A stretch of DNA of 64,000 nt from Octopus vulgaris (Eukaryota). Below, in pieces: positions 1-10,956 of the stretch. The notes beneath the pieces are model-generated. The model saw only the letters and a list, made by a program, of their open reading frames with translations, ran no database searches and had not been told where the DNA came from. Both the position numbers and the translations under genes were made by a program. The stretch is from assembly GCA_951406725.2 (NCBI GenBank), contig OX597833.1, forward strand, positions 44,082,001 to 44,146,000, written 5' to 3'. The first letter of the stretch is position 1. Every line of letters begins with the position of its first letter.

Positions 1-1264
1 GCACACACACTCTGTCTTCACATTTGCTGCGTGAGACATGTTTTAATGTTGACGAGCTTGCCGAGTACATAGTCGACAATGAGCCAAAGCTCCTTCCAGA
101 ACAGAAGTTCGCTTACAACTCCGTTGTTAATTCAGTCCGGGCCAAAGCTGGGGGGATTTTTTTCCTGGACGCTCCTGGGGGCACTGGGAAAACTTTTGTC
201 AACAAATTAATATTGGCTGAGATTAGGCGAACACAAGACATTGCCCTAGCTGTGGCATCATCTGGAATTGCGGCTACTTTGTTGCCAGGCGGCAGGACAG
301 TTCACTCCACTTTCAAGCTCCCGCTTGACTTAGCGAAGACTGAGACACCAACTTGCAACATCAGTAACAGCTCCGATCAGGCAGAAGTCTTCAGACGATG
401 CAAGCTTATCATTTGGGATGAATGCACGATGGCCCACAGAGGTGCTCTTGAGGCACTAGATAGATCTCTCAGAGACATCAAACACTCTCAGCTCCCATGG
501 GAGGCATAACACTTCTTCTTTCAGGGGACTTCCGGTAAACACTTCCCGTTATTCCCAAAGGGACTAGAGCTGATGCAGTAAGTGCGTGTCTTAAGTCATC
601 CACATTGTGGCCACTGGTGAAGACTCTCAAACTTCACACCAATATGCGTGCTCATATGCGACGTGATATCACATCAGCAGCATTTTCTCACACCCTCCTT
701 GCACTTGGCGAAGGCAAAATACCAGGGAATGAAAATGGTAATATTGCCATCGATTCCATTTGTACCATTGTTGAAATTCCTTCTGATCTCAGAGATGCAG
801 TGTTCCCAGATCTACAAGCTAATTATCAGAATATGGATTGGATTGGCAAAAAGGCTATACTGGCCCCGAGGAATAAAACTGTTCACCATATTAATGATGA
901 AAGCACAAAAAACACAACAACGCGAGGACGTGGAACATTCCTGGGGATGTCTATGTATATAAGTCTATCGATACAACTCCTGACCCAGAAGACGTCAGCA
1001 ACTATCCAATAGAGGTACTCAATCCCTTTCACCCCACCCCCGGACTACCACCACACATTCTCAAACTTAAAGTTGGTGCCCCTATAATGCTCATTAGAAA
1101 TTTGGTTCCCCCAAAACAATGCAATGGCACACGTTTGATCGTTAAGTCCTTATCTCCCACCATAAACTTATATTAATATTTGCCTGGATAATCATAATTC
1201 AGTGCAATCATTAACAGTACTTTCAAGCAATTCAGCCCCGAGCATCGCCGGGCAATTCTGCTAG
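1..1264 (+). mobile_element. Helitron 3' portion: frameshifted PIF1-like helicase fragment plus Helitron 3' terminus
   Basis: ORF 24-509 has Walker A (DAPGGTGKT), VASSGIAATLLPGGRTVHSTFKLP and IIWDEC motifs; downstream broken frames give APRNKTV..IN and GLPPHILKLKVGAPIMLIRNL..CNGTRL; ends with hairpin cccg-agcatcgc-cggg then CTAG|T at 1261-1264. Confidence 0.92.
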
Positions 1265-1274
1265 TATATATATA

Positions 1275-1470
1275 AAGTTAATCCAAACAAAAAAGCACAA
1301 AAAACACAACAACGCGAGGACGTGGAACAAATATAGTATTTTTGGACGCCCAGGAAAGAAGGAAAGAAGGAGGGTTTAACGTTTCGAGCGGAGCTCTTCA
1401 TCGGAACCATAGGAGAAGGAAAGATCCAGGGAAGGGAAGACAGAGGGAAAAAAATCGCCAACGGTACACA
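1275..1470 (-). mobile_element. ~200-bp (TA)n-associated repeat with minimal hammerhead motif (Penelope pLTR-like); further copies ~31293-31510, 36545-36740, 56978-57190, 62217-62410
   Basis: Five near-identical copies, each next to (TA)n; minus strand 1373-1408 reads GGTT-CCGATGA-A-GAGC-TCC-GCTC-GAAAC-GTT-AAACC. Confidence 0.65.
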
Positions 1471-1766
1471 CACACATATATATATATATATGTATGTATA
1501 TGTGTGTGTGTTTTACAATAAACAGGGTAGTTTACACATATATACGATATTACTAAGGCCCCTATGAAGAGGTTTTGAGGGAAATATTCACCTCTTACTA
1601 AATTCATATTCTGACTCTCATACATGATTGTACATAAATTACACCCATGCTCCGCTCACATGCTTTGAAGTCCACCTCATACACCTCGATATGTACACTC
1701 ACATAAACATGCATACCTCTATATTTTCATGCACGTATCTACACGTATATACATAGATATATACAT

Positions 1767-1871
<105 letters not shown>

Positions 1872-2018
1872 TATCAAAGTAAATAAATGGTACAACGAAG
1901 TACCGATATTTACTGGAAAATAGCGAGCGTAATAAATACGACGCTATTGTATAGCTTCAATGCGTATATACTAGTAAAGACGTGTGTGTGCAACAAACAT
2001 GAAAAAAATTTGTCTTAC

Positions 2019-2033
2019 CTCTAGGAAGAACAT
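2019..2033 (-). other. candidate 15-nt microexon of an unidentified minus-strand gene
   Basis: Reverse strand reads tttcatttttcag|ATGTTCTTCCTAGAG|gtaaga: strong acceptor and donor, frame-preserving length. Confidence 0.35.
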
Positions 2034-2220
2034 CTGAAAAATGAAAAATCTAGAAACGGATAATGCAGTACCAGTTTCAGACTCTTCAAATACGTTTGCC
2101 AACGTAGATTTGATTTGTCTTCATCAGCTGCATATACCTCGACAATATATATATATATATACATGTGTGTATGTGTGTGTGTGTCTGTGCTCATACACGC
2201 GTATATATTTTCTAATATAA

Positions 2221-2280
<60 letters not shown>

Positions 2281-2286
<6 letters not shown>

Positions 2287-2864
2287 TTAATAAGGGTGAG
2301 AGAATTAGATACTAATTTAATAGTATATTTATTCAACACCAAGTGGCCTAGTGCTCCGAGAAACCTGGATTATTATAATATTTTATAACATATTATAATA
2401 TTTTTACAAAATAAATATAAGAGAGTGGTCACTATATTGCTCACTCTAGCACCAGTTAATCCAAAAGGTTTCAACCACGAAAATACATGTTTCCCATGAA
2501 AGTCAGTACGATTGTTAGCTCACACGGACAGGGCAAATAAAAAATAACAAAAATACAGATTATTTTGGGACAATTGTTTCGCTATTAATGAATTAAATGT
2601 AATTTTACTTACAAAAAAAATCCATTTGTAGCTCGTCAGCCAAAACTATCTGGATAGTTTTTTTTGTAAGTAAAATTACATTTAATTCATTAATAGCGAA
2701 ACAATTGTCCCAAAATAATCTGTATTTTTGTTATTTTTTATTTGCCCTGTCCGTGTGAGCTAACAATCGTACTGACTTTCATGGGAAACATGTATTTTCG
2801 TGGTTGAAACCTTTTGGATTAACTGGTGCTAGAGTGAGCAATATAGTGACCACTCTCTTATATT

Positions 2865-2870
<6 letters not shown>
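2281..2870 (-). mobile_element. (TA)n-embedded element with ~210-bp inverted duplication (Penelope-like inverted pLTR structure)
   Basis: ~2408-2620 is the reverse complement of ~2660-2870; flanked by (TA)n on both sides; contains a hammerhead motif. Confidence 0.7.
2563..2645 (-). ncRNA. type I hammerhead ribozyme motif
   Basis: Minus strand: TTTTGG-CTGACGA-GCTA-(long loop)-TAGC-GAAAC-AATT-GTC-CCAAAA; canonical core, 6-bp stem I, palindromic stem III (ACAATTGT), GUC cleavage triplet. Confidence 0.8.
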
Positions 2871-2884
<14 letters not shown>

Positions 2885-2904
<20 letters not shown>

Positions 2905-3413
2905 ACGACCATAAGCCCCCCCCCCCCGTACAATGGACGGTGCTGAGTTGTCAAACATTTAAACAAAATTTTCTCTAAACAACTTATCCGACCGACCCAT
3001 AGGCCTCCCCTTTTAGAAACACTGATTTAACCTAAATTAAGGCAAATAAAATACACTTCTTGAAAAATCAAATAGTCTTTTCTTCCTTCATGGCAAGTTT
3101 GAAGAAAATATCTCTTTTGCTTCTTACATTTTTGGTCTCTTAAATATACTGCATTATGTGGCATTTTGTCAAGACAGCCGGTTTTTTGGCGAAAACTGCA
3201 CGTGCATTTTTCTCACGTACAGCTGATATACTTGCGCGTACAAATGCACATTCCCACGGCTTTATCGATCGCATCCTCACCTGGAATCGATTTTAGTAAT
3301 TTTTTTCAAGATTTATACACGCCCTGATACCGTTGGTATCTACATATCAAATTTGAGCGCAATCGGATGGAGGATGCCCGAGATCCTAGAAGACACACAG
3401 ACAGAACGGATTT

Positions 3414-3420
<7 letters not shown>
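2885..3420 (-). mobile_element. probable non-autonomous Helitron/Helentron-like repeat
   Basis: Minus strand begins atataaaatccgttctgtctgtgtgtc...ccgattgcgctcaaatttg, resembling invertebrate Helitron-N/DINE-type heads; sits between (TA)n tracts. Confidence 0.4.
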
Positions 3421-3461
<41 letters not shown>

Positions 3462-3464
<3 letters not shown>

Positions 3465-3855
3465 GGCGTAGGAGTAGCTGTGTAGTAAGTAGCTTGCTTA
3501 CTAACTACATGGTTCCGAGTTCAGTCCCACTACGAGACATCTTGGGCAAGTGTCTTCTACTATAGCCTCGGGCCGACCAAATCCTTGTGAGTGGATTTGG
3601 TAGACAGAAACTGAAAGAATCCCGTCGTATATATGTATATATGTATATGTATGTGTTTATATGTTTGTGTGTCTGTGTTTGCCCCCACCCCACCCGATGC
3701 TAGTGTGTTTACGTCCCCGTCACCTAGCGGTTCGGCGAAGGAGACCGATAGAATAAGTACTAGACTCACAAAAAATAAGTCCTGGGGTCGATTTGCTCGA
3801 CTAAAAGGCAGTGCTCCAGCATGGCCGCAGTCAAATGACTGAAACAAGTAAAAGA

Positions 3856-3858
<3 letters not shown>
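3462..3858 (+). mobile_element. tRNA-derived SINE with internal microsatellite (family also at ~17925-18290, 23345-23772, 44690-45055, 48750-48890, 49320-49775, all minus)
   Basis: tRNA-like head with A/B boxes (..gttccgagttcagtccca), ttgggcaagtg core, conserved 3' tail cagtcaaatgactgaaacaagtaaaaga; multiple copies in window. Confidence 0.85.
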
Positions 3859-3907
<49 letters not shown>

Positions 3908-4499
3908 ACATACACACACACATATATGCACAATAGGTACATATATTTACGCATACACATGCAAACTTTTACATATTTATGCACATACATATCTATTTGC
4001 AAGTTCACCTAGACATATCGCTACTGATATCTACACACACCTATATGTAGTTGTCATAGATATAAGCGCATTACGGATATTAATTGCTATCGATAGACAT
4101 ACATATTCATGTTTTCTTGAATATATAATGGTTACTCATTCTCATTGACGACTCGAAAGTCAGACTCATCCGGTTCATCTGGTTACATTGTGTTCTCATT
4201 ACTGAGTGTATCTCTAATTAAAAAATTAAAGAAAATGCTCGTGTAAAATTAATACAATCAAAGAAAACAAGTACATAAAGACAGGTTTTACGTCGTAGAA
4301 ATAATGATGTCCATTTCCCTCAGATAGTGTATTAATCCGCATAATTGAATACAATGTACCAAACAACGCTCTCTATAGCCAGTCAATTCTAGTAATTTCC
4401 ACAAGCTGTGTCAATGTCTCCAGATATCAAAGAAATCGCGAAGGAAGTTGGGAATGGATGCGTTTAACATTCTGGCTAATCAATCCCATATCCAATAGT

Positions 4500-5850
4500 A
4501 GTTCAATAGTTCTTGCAAAATGTTTTTCTAAAACAATGGTGAAATCTAATAATTATTACGGAATGTTTATTAATAATGTTGTCCTTACATCATAATATCC
4601 AGTTTGGGGTAATTTCGATACAGAAGTACAATCCTGATCATCTCCATCATAAGGAAAGGCTGCCTACAGTAATGAACAAAATAATGAGCATCTTACATTG
4701 TCTTTATTGAGGTGACAAATTTGTCCTTTCATTTAAGGTGTTTCGTTCTTATTCTGGAATGAAGAAATGATGCTTTTCCATCAATTATCGAAGTAATCCT
4801 CTGTCATACCTTTATACTGGTATATATTGCCTTGTGTTTGACATTTATTTTCAAAAGGGCGCTTATTCTTCCTTCTAAAGTAGCGTATTTTATTCTATTA
4901 TACTTGCTATGACTATCATTACTTTTAGCATAACAACTACAGTTATATCCTCTATTTGACTATTACTAATTATACTACTAGTGGAGGCACATGGCCTAGT
5001 GGTTAGAGGAGTGGACTCATAGTCGAGGGATCGCGGGTTCGAATCTCAGACCGGGTGATGAGTATGTTTATGAGCGAAACACATATGCTCCACGCGGCTC
5101 CGGCAGAAGGTAATGGCGAACTTCTGCTGGCACTTTCGCCACAACATTCTCTCACTCTTCCCTCCTGCATCTTGCAGCTCACCTGCGACGGACCGACGTC
5201 CCATCCAGGTGGGGAACCTATACGCCAAGGAAACCGGGAAACCGGCCCTTATGAGCCAGGCGTGGCTCGAGAAGGAACAAACAACAACAATTATACTACT
5301 ATCTCTATGATATTACTGTCATTATTATAATATAATTAACACTGTTACTATTACAGTTCCTACTATTATTATTACAACAATTATTAATGTGCTTAGAGTT
5401 GGTACAATCGTTAGCACGCCTGAACAAATTCTTATGGGTAACAATTGATTGAGCAATGGGATCGTTTTAATTGTCTAAGCCTCATCCACAAAATGCTTGA
5501 CCTTAGTCCAGTTGTAGAAAGGACCATTACTATCACTGTTAACATTATTACTATTACTGGTACTACTACCAAATCTAACGTCTGATTTACCTTCAATAGC
5601 TGTGTTGTTGTCACTTCAGGAAATTGTTCGTGTCTCGCACCTTATGTACCTGTACCTTGAGTCCTGGTCTATGTTGCAGACATATACATACTTGTAAATC
5701 GTTTGATTTATGGAACGGTATACATAATCCTACATTGAATCTTGATATATCTAGAAAATTAGCTGATATGTAATCTGCTTCTATTGTGATTGATAGACCA
5801 TGATTTCGAAAGAGTTTAAATAATATTTTCCAATACATTTCTACTTCTGC
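4500..5850 (-). mobile_element. degenerate Penelope-like retroelement remnants (RT C-terminus and GIY-YIG endonuclease), interrupted by a SINE; partly homologous to 34660-36200 (+)
   Basis: 5611-5838 KLFRNHGLSITIEADYISANFLDI..PFHKSN resembles PLE RT C-terminus; ~4620-4830 gives YKGMTEDYF..W...ISSF...AAFPY..C resembling PLE GIY-YIG. Confidence 0.6.
4982..5290 (+). mobile_element. tRNA-derived SINE (second family) with (ACA)n tail
   Basis: Head tggcctagtggttagagg...gggttcgaatc (A and B boxes), ends in acaacaacaa. Confidence 0.8.
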
Positions 5851-5931
5851 TACACTACACCTATAAACAGAAAAGAGATTGTCATTCCCCTATATACTAT
5901 CACTAACATTCTAGTTGGAAAAAGATAAATA

Positions 5932-7150
5932 CGAGGGGCGTTCAATAAGTAATGCCCCTGACCCACTTCCCATAGCAGTAGAGCAACGAAACTTGGCACA
6001 GTTATTAGTCTGTTTCTACATAGGAACCACCCAGAGTTACGCATTTCTCCCATCGTTTGATGCGGCTCTGGAGACCGTTTTTGTAGAAGAACCCAGCTTG
6101 GTCCTCCAACCTCAACGTGACTTCAGAAATCAAGGCTGCCTCATCTTGGAAACGCTTTCCTTTCAAAAACAACTTCATGATTGGGAAGAGGTGAAAATCA
6201 GAGGGTGCAAGGTCAGGAAAGTAGGGAGGAGTTCATAGCCATACGCCTGTGCTTCTGATCTGGTGACAAGCGAGTTGTGGACCGGAGCGTTGTCCCGCAG
6301 GAGGAGGATGCCTTTGCTGATCTTGCCCCGCCTCTTGATTTTGATAACTTCTCTTAATTTCCTCAAAAGTGAAGCATAATAGGCTCCTGCAATTGTGGTA
6401 CCCTTTGCCAGGAAATCTGTCATCACTACTCCGTCCTGGTCCCAGAAGACTGTGAGCATGACCTTGCCAGCGGAGGGCTGCACCCTTGCCTTCTTTGGAG
6501 GAGGTGAGTCACTGTGCTTCCACTGCATTGACTGGGCTTTGGATCATCATGATTGACCCAGGTTTCATCCTGTGTAATCAGTCTTTTGAAAAATTTTGAC
6601 TCATCTTCTTGGCACATCTCCAAATTCACCCTCGAGCACTCGACGCGTTCTTGCTTCTGGAAAGGCGTGAGCAACCTGGGAATCCATCTGGCAGACACCT
6701 TTTGCATATGCAAATGGTCATGAATGATAGTTTCCAGAGACCCGATACTAATCTTGACCTCATGGGCTGTTTGGCGAATAATTATGCGTCGATCTTCCAA
6801 AATGGCAGCCTCAACTTGACGGACAGATGCCTCATCAATGGCAGAAGGGGGCGACCAGATCTGGGAGCTGTTTCCACAGAGTTCCGACCATGTTTGAATT
6901 CACAACGCCAGCGTTTTACAAGGTCATACGATGGGGCATCATCACCATAAGTTACTTTCATTTCATCAAAAGTCTCCCGTGGTGTGCGTCCTTTCAAATA
7001 CAAAAACCGGATCACTGCTCGACACTCAACAGGCTCCATTTCACACTTGACTCAGTTCAAACACCTGTAAATCAGAAACCACAATTAATTCAGAGCTGTA
7101 ATTTGCCACTTACTCTATAGAGATATAAATGACTACACATGCAAAATTTC
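5932..7150 (-). mobile_element. mariner transposon, frameshifted, one TIR missing
   Basis: MEPVECRAVIRFLYLKG (HTH), KVSARWIPRLL, ITQDETWV, KVMLTVFWD, LLRDNAPVH motifs; TIR cgaggggcgttcaataagtaatgcccc after TA at 5930-5931. Confidence 0.93.
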
Positions 7151-7239
7151 AATGTACTTGCCTATAGGTGAAAATATGTACGCGTATGTACACACATATA
7201 TATATATTGCACGCGCACACACATTCATATAATATGTTT

Positions 7240-7373
7240 TCAATATCAGAAATGAATGAGTAGTAACTGGAGAAAGCACTCAATATATGGTGTTGAATCA
7301 AATATTTATTTCCGGAAAATGTGATTTGATTGCGACATGTAATTTTTGCAGAAGGGGTTCATCAGTTAGTAAC
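7240..7373 (-). other. 3'UTR terminal exon of inverted paralog C of the two-Ig gene
   Basis: Minus strand ttttttgcag|gttac...ttccggaaAATAAAtatttga (AATAAA 7305-7310) is homologous to terminal exons at 34379 and 60013; 3' limit approximate. Confidence 0.65.
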
Positions 7374-7420
7374 CTGCAAAAAAGGGAAGCGTTTTCAATT
7401 TAGAAAGTATGTATGTATGT

Positions 7421-10360
7421 TTCTTCATCCCGCAAGGTGTCCAACAAAACCCTCCTCACCAAGCAAGCCTGGTGGGGTTGCAAGTTTAGTCGCCGACGAT
7501 CCGACCACGCGATACATTTTGCTGGATTACAGGTTACCAGTAGCACTCAAGACGGACCTGTTTAAGCAGAAAAATAGATATAAAACCACCTGGATGCACC
7601 CAAGATCTAAGCACTGGCATCTCATAAATTATATTCTGATCAGGAGAACGTGGTATGAAATACGTTTCTAGCGTTCGTGTCATGAGAGCGGCAGGGAGCT
7701 GGACTGACCATCATCTACTCCGTGGAAAAATAGATTTTTCGATAATGCCTAAAAATCGACAGTCTGGTCCTAAAGTATCCAAAAAGTTAATTGTTGCAAA
7801 ATTTAAATTATCAAGCAACTTGCAAAGATTCCACAATACTATAATAGAAACAATCTATGGATGACTTCAAAACAAAATTATTTCAGTCTGCAAATCCGTC
7901 AGTGGGATTTAATCTCATAAATCCAGTGACTGGTTCTCAGATCAGCAGAAATTCATGATCTACTGTCAGAAAAACAAAACTTAGGCAATACAATTCTTTC
8001 TCAGTTCTTGAACCCCAACTCAAACGAAACTTACAGAAAGCTGTAAAGGAAGGTGTAGATTGCTCTAAGGAAAATTAAACAGAAATGGTGAAATGATAGA
8101 ACAAAAGGGTACAAGGAGCAGCTGATAGAAATGATGCCAAGGGTTTGTACTCTCATGTTAAGGCGGTATATGGCCCAAAATCTTCTTCAATAGCTCCAGT
8201 GAGAACAGAAAATGTTTTTCTTCTGACTGATATCACTTCTATTCATAAGCACTGGGTAGAACATGTTTCTGCACTTTTGAATTGACCGTCATCTGCTGAC
8301 ATGAGGACGATAGAAAAAAATTGAACATCTTCCAGTTATAGAAGAGATGGCATTTGAACCAACTCTAAATGACATTTATTTAGCTGTGAATAAGCTGAAT
8401 AACAATAAGTCTCCAGGGTCTGATGGAATCTGTGCAGAAATCTTGAAATATGGGGGTGATAAAATGTATGAACTCTTAAATATATTAATTTGTCACTGTT
8501 GGAGAACTGATAAAGGGCCTCAAGACTGGACTGATGCCATTTTAGTATCTTTGTATAAATCGGGGCCAAAGGATCTGTGTGGTAATTTTCGTGGGATTTC
8601 GCTTTTGGCTGTCGTTGGAAAGGTACTTGCCCACATTTTCTTAGAACGTTTAAATACCTTTATAGTTCCAAACATAGTGTCTGAGTCTCAGTGTGGTTTT
8701 CGTTCCTCTAGGGTCACAGCTGATTGTATCTTTACTGTCAGACAATTATAAGTGCATTGAACAGAATCTTGCTCTATACCATTGCTTTGTTGATTTGAGC
8801 AAAGCATTCTATACTGTTAATCGAAATGCTCTGTGGTTAATTCTAAGGAAAATAGGTTGCCCAGAAAAATAAACAAGGTCAGGGCTTCCATCAAGATATG
8901 AAAGCTAGAGTTAATTTTGGTGGTAGGCTCTCTGAATCTTTTGCTCTAGAAAATGGAGTAAAGCAAGGAGATATTGATGCACCCACCCTCTTTACAATAT
9001 ACTTTCTGTTGTGTTGTCATATGCTTTTCAAAACTCTGAGGAGGGTATTTACATAAAATATTGAACAACAGGGAATGTTTTTAATCTGGCCAGACTGAAA
9101 TTCAAAACGAAGGTTTTTACTTCACTCATTAGGGAACTATTGTATGCTGACGATTGCAATCTTGTCAGTCATTCTGAAACAGGTCTGCAATCTCTTGTAT
9201 CTGTTTCTGATGATTTTGGCTTGACCATCAACTTGAAAAAAAACCGTTGTAATGCATCAATCTGCGTGTGGTGCTGTTAGCAACCCCACTAAAAGTTTTG
9301 TTAAGGGAAAGTTACTTGAGGTAGTCGATTCGCTCGCCTATCTTGGAAGCTCTGTTCAAAATGATGGAAATTTTGATACAGAAACACAGATGCGAATTCA
9401 AAGAGCAGCAAAAGCATTTGGTGGCTTGGAGTCACACGTTTAGTGCCAGAAACATATAAACAAGAATACAAGGCTGGCTCTTTACAAATCATTTGCCTTG
9501 CCATCCATGTTGTATTCCTATGAAACTTGGGCTTGTTGTGAAAGACATTTTAAACTGTAAGAACAATTCCAGCAAAAATTCCTTCGTCGGATTTTAAAAA
9601 TTGAATGGAGTTCTTTTACACAGATGCCCTTGCATCTGCAGACATCACCTCAATTATAGCTATGATTTTGAGGAACCAGTTGAGATGGTGTGGCCATATT
9701 GTTCGAATGGCTGATGAACGCATGCCAAAACAGCTGTTTTATGATGGGCTTGCAGAGGGGAAACGCTATCGGCCTAAACCAAAAAAAAGAAAGGTTTAAG
9801 GACGGCATAAGGACTACTATGAAGTCACTTGGATTGGTTCCAGAAGATATAGAAACCCTTGCTTCGGATCGAGTTGGATGGCGAACAAAGGTGGTGAGTG
9901 AAGTAAAAGCATTTGAAGCGGCCAGGATAACGCATGTAAGACCCAAAAGAGATGTAAGGAAGAATGTAACGATCGAGAAGGTGAATGACAATGATCTTTT
10001 CGTGTGCACAGTCTGTGACAGACCATGCCTGTCTTTGGCTGGCCTCAAATCTCATCCGCGAACGCTTGGAAAACGAACATCCACCAACTATTCTGACTAT
10101 ATCTCTGTGCACACTTTTGAATGCAGTATATGCCAGATGGTTTGAAAATCCAACGGAGGCCTCAAAAGACATGTTAAAATCCACAAACAGCAGAACTTAT
10201 CTGCAGCTCTTGGTAGTCCTAATCAGAGGTGCAATCTATGTGGGTGTCTTTTCAGAACATTGTCTGGTTTAAAAACCACATCAGACGCCATGATGGCGCA
10301 AGGTGTAGGTACAGGAGGTGGTCAAACTCTGTATAAGGAGTAGAAAACATACACCACCAT
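7421..10360 (+). mobile_element. RTE-clade LINE, degenerate (APE endonuclease end, RT, C-terminal C2H2 zinc fingers), inserted in a (GTAT)n tract
   Basis: TWMHPRSKHWHLINYILIRR, KSPGSDGICAEILK, NFRGISLL, ESQCGFR, GVKQG, LLYADD, QLRWCGHIVRM..RMPKQLFY, CTVCDRPCLSLAGLKSH motifs with many stops and frameshifts. Confidence 0.92.
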
Positions 10361-10840
10361 GTATACATGCATGCATGTATGTATGTATGTATGTATGTAT
10401 GTATGTATGTATGTATGTATGTATGTATGTATGTATGTATGTATGTACGTACGTATTTGACCCCAGTCAGCGCTTGACAACAAGTGTTGCTTGTATACAG
10501 CCCCAGCTCATAGTGGTTCAGCAAAAGTGACCGATCGAATTAGTACCAGACTTAAAGATAAGTAGTGAGGTTAATTTGTTCCGTATTTCAAGGTTGTGGC
10601 CGAGCATGGTCGCAGTCCAATGACTGGAACAAGTAAAGGATGTTATGGGATGTTCAGTGCTCCAATACCTTTGCTTGATGAATGCCAATCTAATCATTAA
10701 AGAAGGATGATGACAACAACAGTGAGATTTTTAAAAAGGCAATGTATTAAGCACAAATTAAGCAGAAACTAAATCAATAAGATTTTATACAAGGATAACA
10801 AAATCACAGAAGAAAACAAAATGAAAAATATTTTACTAAC

Positions 10841-10956
10841 CAGGTTGATTCTGTTTCTTTATATTTTTCGAGATCCTTAACGCAAATAGCTAATAAAAAG
10901 CATGTATGTTGCAAATGTTACAATCTTAGTCATAATATTTGCATTATACAATTTTT
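10841..10956 (-). CDS. C-terminal coding exon of inverted paralog C, (E)KLYNANIMTKIVTFATYMLFISYLR*; stop at 10877-10879
   Basis: tctctctctgttacag|...|gttagt; same coding length, phase and donor as exon 5 of genes A/B (DKLSGANIITKILKFAATLLVIGHFH*). Confidence 0.75.

Noticed and set aside
4982-5055. tRNA gene
   Set aside because: It is the tRNA-like head of a SINE, with a body and (ACA)n tail; no complete cloverleaf
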